From the NCBI GenBank assembly GCA_963796105.1, contig CAWCKJ010000006.1, positions 128,001-192,000 on the forward strand: DNA of 64,000 nt, given 5' to 3'. Origin of the DNA: a candidate division FCPU426 bacterium (GTDB lineage Bacteria; Oederibacteriota; Muellerivitia; Muellerivitales; Muellerivitaceae). The notes beneath the pieces were generated by a model that was not told the origin of the DNA, ran no database searches, and saw only the letters and a list, made by a program, of their open reading frames with translations. Shown here piece by piece: positions 41,387 to 49,656 of this stretch (the first letter of the stretch is position 1; every line of letters starts with the position of its first letter). Made by a program: the position numbers and the translations under genes.

Positions 41387-44300
41387 TTAATTCAGGATAA
41401 GAAGTTTGACGGCCCAGCGGCACGGCCCAGCTTGGACGTAAAGATAATAAATGCCGTTGGCCAAGGGCTTTCCTGATTTGTCAGCGGGATCCACGGGAAC
41501 AAATTGCCCTGGGGAAACGTCCTTGAATTCCTTGTCCTGGACTTTGCGGAAAGCCGCCGTGAAAATCTGAATCCTGAGGTTGGAGATTGTTAGGATTGGC
41601 GCAATGACTTGGATGGGATCTGGTCCGCTATGGGGATTGGGATAAATCCTCAAACTAGTAGGCGCCGATGGAGTGGAAGTCGGGGTGATGGATGGGATGC
41701 TGGTGGAAGTGGAAGCAGGAGTAAAGGTAGTGGAAGGGGTATTCGTGCTCGTATAGCTTGGGGTGGTAGTCGGCGAGGGTGTCTTGGTCGCGGTCAAAGT
41801 GGATGTCGTAGTCAGAGTGAAGGTTGGTGTGTTTGTTGGAGTATATGAATTCGTCGGTGTCGGAGTGGGCGTATTGGATGGGGAAAAAGTGACCGTTGGG
41901 GTTTGAGTGGAAGTAAGTGTCGAAGTCGGCATTGGCGAAGCCGTAGGCGTAGCGGTGAAGGACACCGTGGGTGTCATTGAAACCGTAGGGGTATCCGTGG
42001 GGGACAGGGTTCCAGTGGGCGTGTCTGTCGAAGTTGGAGTGATCGTCAAAGTATTTGAATTTGTCGGAGTCGTGGTCAGGGAGGGAGTATTGGTAGGTGT
42101 CGGGGTTGAAGTATAGGAAGGAGTAGTCGTCGCCGTGAAAGTGGAGGTTGGTGTGTTCGTGTAAGTTCTGGTGGAGGTCAAGGTGGGTGTGTTGGTAGAT
42201 GTAAAAGTCCAAGTCCAGGTGGAGGTGTAGGTGGGCGAGGGAGTTGAAGTGTTTAAAGGGGTGGGAGTGTCAGTTGGAGTGCTGGTGAGTGTCAGGGTCG
42301 AGGTATGGGTAAAGGTCAGAGTCGGCGTATTCGTCGGGGATTGGGTTCCGGTGGGTGTGTCAGTCGGGGTGGGAGTGAGCGTTGGAGAATTCGTGGAGGT
42401 CGGTGTCAGGGTAAAAGTATGAGTGGGTGTCGGCGTGAATGTGGCGGTGTTGGTGGAGGTCCAGGTCAATGTGGGAGTATCGGTTGGGGTAAGAGTCGGT
42501 GTGCGTGTAGGTGATGGAGTGGCTGTCGCGGTGCTTGTGGGAGTCGAGGAAAAGGTGCTGGTGGATGTATTCGTTTGGGTCATGGTGGGAGTGTTGGTTG
42601 AAGTCGGGGTAAAAGTTCGTGTGGGTGTGGCGGTTGAGGTCGATGTTGAAGTGGAAGTATTGGTGAGAGTCGCCGTCAAAGTTGACGTTGGAGAACTGGT
42701 CGGGGTGTGAGTCGATGTATAAGTCAGGGTGATAGTGGGGGTGTTTGTGGGGGATTGAGTTCCGGTGGAAGTAGAAGTCGGGGTTGGGGTGATAGTTGGG
42801 GTATTCGTGGCGGTCGAAGTCGGGGTATTGGTATGAGTGGGTGTCGGGGTGGATGTGGAAGTATTGGTAAAGGAGGCGGTGGAGGTCGGGGTGGGAGTGT
42901 CAGTTGGAGTGGGAGTCGATGTCCGGGTGGATGTGGCGGTTGGGGTCGCCGTGAAAGAAGGGGTTGAAGTGCTGGTGGAAGTCGTGGTTGAAGTCCATGT
43001 AGGGGTGCTGGTCGGAGTGGGAGTCGAGGTCCGAGTGGGGGTATAGGTAGTGGTGGGGGTGGATGAATAAGTCGGGGTGGAGGTTGTTGTTGGGGAATTA
43101 GTCGAGGTGGGTGTCGAAGTTCGAGTCAGGGTATTAGTTAGTGTATTCGTCGGGGATAGGGTGCCGGTGGGTGTGGCGGTCGGGGTCGGGGTGATGGTTG
43201 GGGTGCTCGTGGCCGTGGGTGTCGGCGTATTCGTTCTGGTGGGGGTCGGGGAGAAAGATGCGGTGTTGGTTGAAGTTGAGGTCAAGGTGGGCGTGTTGGT
43301 GAGGGTAGAAGTGTAAGTCCGGGTGGAAGTACTGGTTCCAGTCGCGGAGGCCGTGAATGTCAAAGTGCTCGTGGAAGTGGAAGAAGGAGTTGACGTGTAG
43401 GAGGGGGTGGGGGAGGAGGTCCGGGTAGGGGTTGACGTTGTTGTGGCAGTGGGGGTCGAGGTGACGGTATTTGTGGAAGTTACTGTTGGGGTAGGAGTAT
43501 TGGTCCTGGTTGCGGTGGGTGTGAATGTCGAGCTGTTGGTGGAAGTCGCAGTTGAAGTATTGGTTGTTGTTGGCGTCGATGTCCTGGTGAACGTAGCGGT
43601 TGCAGTAGCCGTTGAGGTTGCGGTACTGGTAAAGGTGAAAGTCGGCGTAGGGGTATTGGTCCTTGTCGCGGTGGAGGTGGGGGTTGCGGTATTGGTTGAA
43701 GTAGCAGTTAAAGTCGATGTGAGAGTATTGGTAAGAGTGGGTGTTGATGTCCGAGTCATGGTATTGGATGAAGTCGGGGTGGAAGTTGTTGTGGAGGTGT
43801 TGGTTTGAGTCGCGGTCGGGGTTGGGGTGGCCGTATTGGTCCTTGTCGCGGTGGAAGTGGGGGTTGCGGTATTGGTGGAAGTTGATGTCATTGTCGCGGT
43901 GGGGGTACTGGTAAGAGTGGGGGTGGATGTCCGGGTCAGAGTATTTGTGGGGGTTAAAGTGGCGGTTGGGGTGAAGGTGTTGCTTTGAGTTGCGGTCGGG
44001 GTTGGGGTGGCCGTATTGGTCCTAGTCGGGGTGGGAGTGGAAGTGGCGGTAATGGTAGAGGTGTTGGTCGCGGAGCTCGTAGGAGTGGGGGTATTGGTTC
44101 GGGTGCTGGTGGAAGTGGGCGTGCTGGTCCTAGTGGGTGTTGAGGAGAAAGTTGCGGTATTGGTGAGGGTCGTGGTTGTTGTGGGTGTGGGGGTCCGCGT
44201 CAGCGTATTAGTCGATGTCGCCGTGGTTGTTGGGGTAGGAGTCGCGGTCGGGGTTGGGGTGGCTGTGTATGTGCGAGTGGAAGTCGAGGTCGAAGTATTG

Positions 44301-45313
44301 GTAGGCGTGCTTGTAGAGGTTCGAGTGGCTGTATAGGTAGTAGTGGACGTATTGGTCGGAGTCGGCGTGGGGGTCGAACTTCGGGTGGGAGTAGGGGTAT
44401 TGGTGCGGGTCAATGTCGGGGTGAAAGTCGGGGTGTTTCCCGGGGTGAAAGTGCGCGTAAAGGTCGGTGTGGAACCCCCGCCTGTGACACAGCCGCTGTT
44501 GACATAGGCGTTGAACCCGCTTGCGACGAAGGGAATTCCCAGGGTTCTTAATTCGATGCCCGCTTCAATCGCTGCCAAATACCACGAGGTATTGACATAG
44601 CCCCTGGAGACGGAATCATTGATGAACGCCAGAAGGTTCAAATTGGACACGGAAGTGAAAGTGGCAGGGTTTCCCGCGGAATCGGCCGCTTGGTAGGACA
44701 TATAAGTCCAACCCAGGGTCGCGGATGGGGTTTCATAGAGGTTCCAGTAATTGCCGGCGAGAGATAATCCTTTAACCACCGTAACCGAATTCGCGGGTAA
44801 TGGCGTATCCCCCATGTATCCAAGCCAAAGCATGATTTCGGCGCCGCCGGTGTAGCCGTTGGTTGTATTGGTGGAGGTGCTGAACCAGACATCGTAGCCC
44901 GCGTCCCAGCTTCCGGTGTAGGTGGGGGTGAAATTGAAGCTTGTGGTGGCGCATGTGACGGCGCTGACCAACATGGGCAGGTTCGTGCCGGGACTGGCGG
45001 CTCCATAATGGCTTCCGTAATAGATATCCGGCCAGGTGGCCACATTGGGGTCACAGGCATTAGGGCCTTCCGTGACGCCGAAGTTCCCGGTGGTAGTGTC
45101 AAGGGTCACGCACTGGGTGCCGCCGCAGGTAGTCAAGTTCCAGAAATCGGTTTGCACGATGTAATTGTTACTGCAGGTCCAACTCGTGTATTGGACACAG
45201 CTTGATGCGGCGGCGCCATCGGCTGGGTGGGTGGAAAATTCAAGGAAGACCGCTAAAAACGCGGAAGCGAGAAGAAGCCTAAAGTTAAACGATTGGATGT
45301 AAGAATGTTTCAA
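41387..45313 (-). CDS. Secreted GH12-like endoglucanase with ~935-aa Thr-rich linker and T9SS-like C-terminal domain
   Basis: GAEIMLW and IEAGIE; C-terminus [23 protein letters not shown]. Confidence 0.88.
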   Translation of the reverse strand: MKHSYIQSFNFRLLLASAFLAVFLEFSTHPADGAAASSCVQYTSWTCSNNYIVQTDFWNLTTCGGTQCVTLDTTTGNFGVTEGPNACDPNVATWPDIYYGSHYGAASPGTNLPMLVSAVTCATTSFNFTPTYTGSWDAGYDVWFSTSTNTTNGYTGGAEIMLWLGYMGDTPLPANSVTVVKGLSLAGNYWNLYETPSATLGWTYMSYQAADSAGNPATFTSVSNLNLLAFINDSVSRGYVNTSWYLAAIEAGIELRTLGIPFVASGFNAYVNSGCVTGGGSTPTFTRTFTPGNTPTFTPTLTRTNTPTPTRSSTPTPTPTNTSTTTYTATRTSTSTPTNTSTSTSTRTYTATPTPTATPTPTTTATSTNTLTRTPTPTTTTTLTNTATFSSTPTRTSTPTSTSTRTNTPTPTSSATNTSTITATSTPTPTRTNTATPTPTATQSNTFTPTATLTPTNTLTRTSTPTLTSTPTATMTSTSTNTATPTSTATRTNTATPTPTATQTNTSTTTSTPTSSNTMTRTSTPTLTNTLTSTLTATSTNTATPTSTATRTNTPTPTFTFTSTATSTATATATFTRTSTPTTTNTSTATSTNSSTFTPTATRTNTPTPTVTSTNTVTSTPTATTTSTPTRTSSPTPSYTSTPSSTSTSTLTFTASATGTSTSTRTYTSTLTNTPTLTSTSTNTASFSPTPTRTNTPTPTATSTPTITPTPTATPTGTLSPTNTLTNTLTRTSTPTSTNSPTTTSTPTYSSTPTTTYTPTRTSTPTPTSTPTWTSTTTSTSTSTPSFTATPTATSTRTSTPTPTDTPTPTSTASFTNTSTSTPTPTHTNTPTSTATNTPTITPTPTSTSTGTQSPTNTPTITLTYTSTHTPTSSPTSTLTATLTNTSTSTSTSTATPTRTFTPTSTNTPTMTQTNTSTSTFSSTPTSTATATPSPTRTPTLTPTDTPTLTWTSTNTATFTPTPTHTFTLTPTSTNSPTLTPTPTDTPTGTQSPTNTPTLTFTHTSTLTLTSTPTDTPTPLNTSTPSPTYTSTWTWTFTSTNTPTLTSTRTYTNTPTSTFTATTTPSYTSTPTPTNTPSLTTTPTNSNTLTITPTSTDTPTGTLSPTDTPTVSMTPTVSFTATPTASPMPTSTLTSTQTPTVTFSPSNTPTPTPTNSYTPTNTPTFTLTTTSTLTATKTPSPTTTPSYTSTNTPSTTFTPASTSTSIPSITPTSTPSAPTSLRIYPNPHSGPDPIQVIAPILTISNLRIQIFTAAFRKVQDKEFKDVSPGQFVPVDPADKSGKPLANGIYYLYVQAGPCRWAVKLLILN
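42129..44267. repeat. ~2.1 kb near-identical direct repeat of 36376-38514 (linker-coding DNA)
   Basis: Constant 5753-bp offset; identical antisense shadow ORFs (36478/42231, 36552/42305, 36670/42423). Confidence 0.92.
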
Positions 45314-45434
45314 AGAGAGTTCACTCGCTTGAAATATTTAGGTAATGAAAAACGTTTTAAATGCCCCTGTTTTATAGCAAAAGTTTTAGTTAAAACTTTG
45401 TTTGTTAATTGAAATCGATGTAATGATTGAAGGA

Positions 45435-45523
45435 ATTATACCATCAAAACTCACATACTTTTATTCGCTGAAGGAAATAGTCCGAAATTGGAAATTTTTC
45501 ATGACAACCTGAAACCGGTACCA
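45435..45523 (-). promoter_or_regulatory. Extended -10 promoter (TGGTATAAT, 45443-45435) and operator TGAAACCGGTACCA (45510-45523)
   Basis: Motifs read directly upstream of the GH12 gene that starts at 45313. Confidence 0.6.
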
Positions 45524-45624
45524 TGAACCGCGATTTATTTCGATTTTTCGTTAAAACGAATTGAAAAACGGGGATGATTTTAGCAGGGTCTTTTTTGCCG
45601 GAAAATTATGGAGAGTCAGAGGGG

Positions 45625-47679
45625 CTACTTGTTGTTAACTCCACTCAAGGACTTGGCTTTGTTTGCGTATTGTTTGGCCAAGTCGGATAACCCCGCTTTT
45701 TTAAATGCGTCAACAAGTTCCTCTATGACTTTGGGTTTAACCGGATTTAAATTCGAGGCGGTCCGCAAAAGCTCAATAGCCTTGGATTTCATCCCCTTGC
45801 TCAGGTAAATCTCACCCAGTTTCAAATAATAAACAGGCTCTACGGGATTGAGAGTTGTCGCCTTTTGGAACCACTCGATCGCCTCATCCGGTTTTCCCTC
45901 CTGGCTGCAGACCGTCGCGAGATTGAGGAGGTAATCGGTGTTTTGAGGCTCCAGGGTGAATGCGGTCTTGAAAGCATCCTTGGCTTCCTCCCATTTTTTC
46001 AAAGACCAATAAGTCGCCCCCAAACTGTTGTGGTTTTCTGGAGCGTCTGGGTCCAACTTGACCACCGCGAGGATTTCCGCCAGAGCCTCCTGGTAGCGGC
46101 CCTGGTTCTGGTAGGCGTACCAAAGGTTACGGTGGGATGGGATATATTCGGAGTCCAGCGTCAAGGCGTATTTAAATTCCTTGACCGCCTCCTCGGCGCG
46201 GCCCTTGTAAAAAAGAACAGTCCCTATGCCGTTATGAGTCAGGGCCAGGGGCGGGGGTATGGCCGTGGCGCGGTTGAACTCGTCCATTGCTTCGTCCATC
46301 TTTCCGCTCTTGACATCGATGAGACCCAAATTCGTGAGGGCAAGGCCTGAATCATTCGGGTAGACACTCACCACGCATTTCCATAAGGAAAGTGAGTCTT
46401 TCCAAACGCCGATTTGCTTGACAGTCCCAAAGCCAAGCAATAGGACCAAAAGCGCCATTGCGGCCGTGAAATAAACCCGGCGGGGTGAAAGCCATTTCCA
46501 GAGTCCCGCTGACAAAAGAAGAAAGGGGCCAAGGCAGGGAAGGTATGTATAACGGTCGGCGGCGGTTTGGCTCCCGACTTGAATCAAACCCAAAACGGGA
46601 AAAAGGGTCGCGAGGAAATACAACCAGGCCGAGGAGAAATAAGGCGCTTTTTTCGCGTAACGATAGCAAAAGAAGCTGATCAGGCCAACAGCCAGAATCG
46701 CCAGGAAATCCTCGGCGAAATAAAAGGCGTCCATGTTTCGGGGGAAGGGATACAAAGGCACGAGGTTAAAAGGCGCGATCATTTTGTAGAGGTAAAAAAC
46801 AATGGAACGGCAGCAATTCATCAGCCAGAAGTGCTCCGGGATGTATTCCGGCGCCCGGCCCTTGACATGGGAAATCATGGTCACAAGTCCCGCCGGCAGG
46901 GTGAGGATGAAGAGGGGTATTTTCTCAACCAGGCTTTTGCGGGGTTCGGTTTGAAAGCGTCCCAGGGGCCAGAAGTCCAAAACCAAGAAAACTAGGGGCA
47001 GGGTCACGGCCATGGGCTTGGCCATGAAGGATAAAACGTATAGCCCCGCGCAGGCCCATAACAACGTCCGCTTCCTGGCGGGCGCCTGGGCGTACTTCAA
47101 ATAAACGAGAATCCCCAGGAGATAGAAGGGGGCGTAAAGCACGTCTTTCCGTTCGGTCGCCCAGGCGACGGATTCCACGTGGATGGGATGAAGGCCGAAA
47201 AGCAAGGCGGTCAATAAGGCAACCTGCGTTTCAAATGTCCGGTTCCCGGCGGTTTCAGGGTCTGGTGTTTTGCCGGCGGCCAGCCTCAGGATTTTCCAGC
47301 AAACCAGGAAAACCAGGAAAGTGTTGGCCGAGTGAAAAATCGAATTGGTGAGATGGAAGATTTTGGGGTTGAGCCCTCCCATCCGAAAGTCCAGGGCCAA
47401 GGACAACCAGGTCAGGGGAAGCCAATTGCCCGTGTAGAAGGTCGTCAGCATCCATTTGAGATTTTGAAGGCTCAAGGCGCGGATGTGGATGTTGCTGATG
47501 ATGGATTCCGAGTCGTCCCAATTCACGAGGCCGTTGTTGATGACAGGCAAATAAAACAGGAAGGCCGCAAGCGCTGGAAGGAGGGCGTAAATCCAAGGGA
47601 TGGGGGTTTTCACTGTCGGAACATTCATGACAGACGGGACTGGCGTTTTATTTACTGCATCGAAATTGGTTTGGTCCAT
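45625..47679 (-). CDS. TMTC-like GT-C membrane glycosyltransferase with C-terminal TPR array
   Basis: VNWDD acidic motif, LHPIHVESVAWATERKDVL, ADRYTYLP, ~11 TM helices followed by ~6-7 TPRs. Confidence 0.8.
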   Translation of the reverse strand: MDQTNFDAVNKTPVPSVMNVPTVKTPIPWIYALLPALAAFLFYLPVINNGLVNWDDSESIISNIHIRALSLQNLKWMLTTFYTGNWLPLTWLSLALDFRMGGLNPKIFHLTNSIFHSANTFLVFLVCWKILRLAAGKTPDPETAGNRTFETQVALLTALLFGLHPIHVESVAWATERKDVLYAPFYLLGILVYLKYAQAPARKRTLLWACAGLYVLSFMAKPMAVTLPLVFLVLDFWPLGRFQTEPRKSLVEKIPLFILTLPAGLVTMISHVKGRAPEYIPEHFWLMNCCRSIVFYLYKMIAPFNLVPLYPFPRNMDAFYFAEDFLAILAVGLISFFCYRYAKKAPYFSSAWLYFLATLFPVLGLIQVGSQTAADRYTYLPCLGPFLLLSAGLWKWLSPRRVYFTAAMALLVLLLGFGTVKQIGVWKDSLSLWKCVVSVYPNDSGLALTNLGLIDVKSGKMDEAMDEFNRATAIPPPLALTHNGIGTVLFYKGRAEEAVKEFKYALTLDSEYIPSHRNLWYAYQNQGRYQEALAEILAVVKLDPDAPENHNSLGATYWSLKKWEEAKDAFKTAFTLEPQNTDYLLNLATVCSQEGKPDEAIEWFQKATTLNPVEPVYYLKLGEIYLSKGMKSKAIELLRTASNLNPVKPKVIEELVDAFKKAGLSDLAKQYANKAKSLSGVNNK

Positions 47680-47792
47680 GGGGCATCTATGTTACCAATT
47701 TTGACGGCTCATACGCCATTCCTGATCAACGCAAAGCCCTGCCAAAAAAGTATTTCAGGGAGAGTGCATTAAAGCGTGTCTCTATTTGGGGT

Positions 47793-49235
47793 TTAACGGA
47801 AGATAAGCCATTTCAAGACGATTTTATCCGCGGGAGTCGTCACAACAACGTAGTAAAGCCCGTTGGCGAGGGGATTGCCTCCTTGGTCCTGGCTGTAAAT
47901 CGGAATCCCATTTCCAAGCGTCCATGAGGGATAATTCCATTCCGCGACTTTCCTGAAGGCCAGGGAGTAAACGGACACTTGGAGGTTTTCAATGAAGGAT
48001 GGATTCGTGGGATTGATGTTGATGTAAGAAGGCGCGGAAGGATTTCCCAGCCCCGTCCAGGGATTGGGGTAGATGATAGGTTTGTTGATGACAGCCGTTG
48101 GGTTGGTGGGTGTCGCGGTTGGAGGTGGGATTGGGGTGTTCGTGAGAGTAGGGGTCGCGTTGGGCGGGGCTGTGTAAGTATCCGTGGGAGTGAAAGTAGG
48201 CACGTCGGTCGGCCAAGGAGTTGGGCTATTAGTGATGGTGGGGGTAGCCGTTGGAGTCGGGGTCGATGTGAAGGTTCCCGTGAAAGTTCGCGTGAAGGAT
48301 GGGGTGAAACTGTGAGTGATGGTGGGTGTATAGGTGATGGTCGGTGTGTTGGTTTGGGTTTTGGTGGCTGTAGGGGTTGAAGTGGGCCCTGTGCCGCATC
48401 CGTTGTTGACATAAGCCGAGAAACCGGAACTGGTGTAGTTGAAAGTAGAACCGCCAGAGTGGATCTCAACTCCCGCCTCAATCGCAGCCAGGTACCAGGA
48501 TGTGCTGATATATCCGCGGCTAACCGCGTCGTTGAAAAAATTCAAAAGGTTCAGATTAGTAACACCTGCTCCTATAGTTGAGACAATGGGTTCATAGGCG
48601 ATATAGGTCCAGCTGGGGTTTCCGACCGCGCCCTCCCAAACATAAAAGTTGTATCCATCGATAGAGACGGTGGTTTTCTCTGCGCCGGCGGGGCTGGCGT
48701 TGTTATAATTCAGCCAAATCATCATTTCGGCGCCGCCGGCATATCCATTGTTGGTATCGGTGGAGGTACTAAACCAGATGTCGTAGGCCACGTCATAGTT
48801 TCCCATGTTAATGGTGTAATTCCAGCTGGAGGTGGCGCAGGTGACGGCGCTCACCAGCATCGGCAAGTTGGTGAAATTACTGCAATTCCCGAAATGGCAG
48901 CCATAGTAGATGGAGGGGTAAGTAGCCACATTGTTGCCGCAACTGGAAGTGAATTCCGTAACGGAAAAATCCCCGTTCGCGGTATTGACGTTCATGCATT
49001 GAGTGCCTGGACAGCCGGTATTCCAGTAATTTTCCTGCACGGTATAGGATGGGGAATTTGTGGTGTACCAAGGGTATTGACCGCCCTGTGTGACACACAT
49101 ATTGGATATTTGCGCTTGAACCGGTTGGTAAGAAACCCCAATAAGTCCTGCTATTAAGAAGAATCCTATGAAAGCTCTTAAGAAAGTCCTGGAAATCGTT
49201 TCGGCTAATAAAACAACATTCATTCTCATGTTCAT
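47793..49235 (-). CDS. Secreted GH12-like endoglucanase with short linker and T9SS-like C-terminal domain
   Basis: YPSIYYGCHFG, YDVAYDIW, GAEMMIW and IEAGVE; C-terminus IYPNP..GNPLANGLYY. Confidence 0.88.
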   Translation of the reverse strand: MNMRMNVVLLAETISRTFLRAFIGFFLIAGLIGVSYQPVQAQISNMCVTQGGQYPWYTTNSPSYTVQENYWNTGCPGTQCMNVNTANGDFSVTEFTSSCGNNVATYPSIYYGCHFGNCSNFTNLPMLVSAVTCATSSWNYTINMGNYDVAYDIWFSTSTDTNNGYAGGAEMMIWLNYNNASPAGAEKTTVSIDGYNFYVWEGAVGNPSWTYIAYEPIVSTIGAGVTNLNLLNFFNDAVSRGYISTSWYLAAIEAGVEIHSGGSTFNYTSSGFSAYVNNGCGTGPTSTPTATKTQTNTPTITYTPTITHSFTPSFTRTFTGTFTSTPTPTATPTITNSPTPWPTDVPTFTPTDTYTAPPNATPTLTNTPIPPPTATPTNPTAVINKPIIYPNPWTGLGNPSAPSYININPTNPSFIENLQVSVYSLAFRKVAEWNYPSWTLGNGIPIYSQDQGGNPLANGLYYVVVTTPADKIVLKWLIFR

Positions 49236-49345
49236 CCAAAATTCTCCGCTCTCTTAAGTTTTATTCCGGGTTATATCAGTCGGGGCAAGCCCGCGGTGGG
49301 AATAATGAGAAACGAATTATAAATAAATCATCCGTTTCTTACATC

Positions 49346-49400
49346 ATTATACCATTCAATAACGGAAATCTCGGGCAAGGTATTAATGAAACCGTTTCCA
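49346..49400 (-). promoter_or_regulatory. Extended -10 promoter (TGGTATAAT, 49354-49346) and operator TGAAACCGTTTCCA (49387-49400)
   Basis: Lies between the divergent GH12 and GH74 genes. Confidence 0.6.
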
Positions 49401-49656
49401 CGGCCGCTTGAGTGTTCTAAGCCGAAATGACAAAACCATTCAATCCCTGTTCATACTCCGGATTTTTGTCGGTTACTTATATAAATTAGATAGAGGCCTA
49501 CCTGGTGGAATATGAATTTCATGGTTCCACGGGTATAATCCCGCGGTTATCATTCGTCTTTATTCCTCGTTGTCTTAACGCCTGGGATTTAGACGGGAAC
49601 AACAGGAAATTGAATCGGTCACATTATCCGACAACTTCATTAAAGGCTTTAATGCT

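Noticed and set aside
36478..44336. Val/Gly-rich plus-strand ORFs (similar ones at 20201-20482, 24055-24243, 33268-33468)
   Set aside because: They are antisense shadows of Thr/Pro codons in the real genes.
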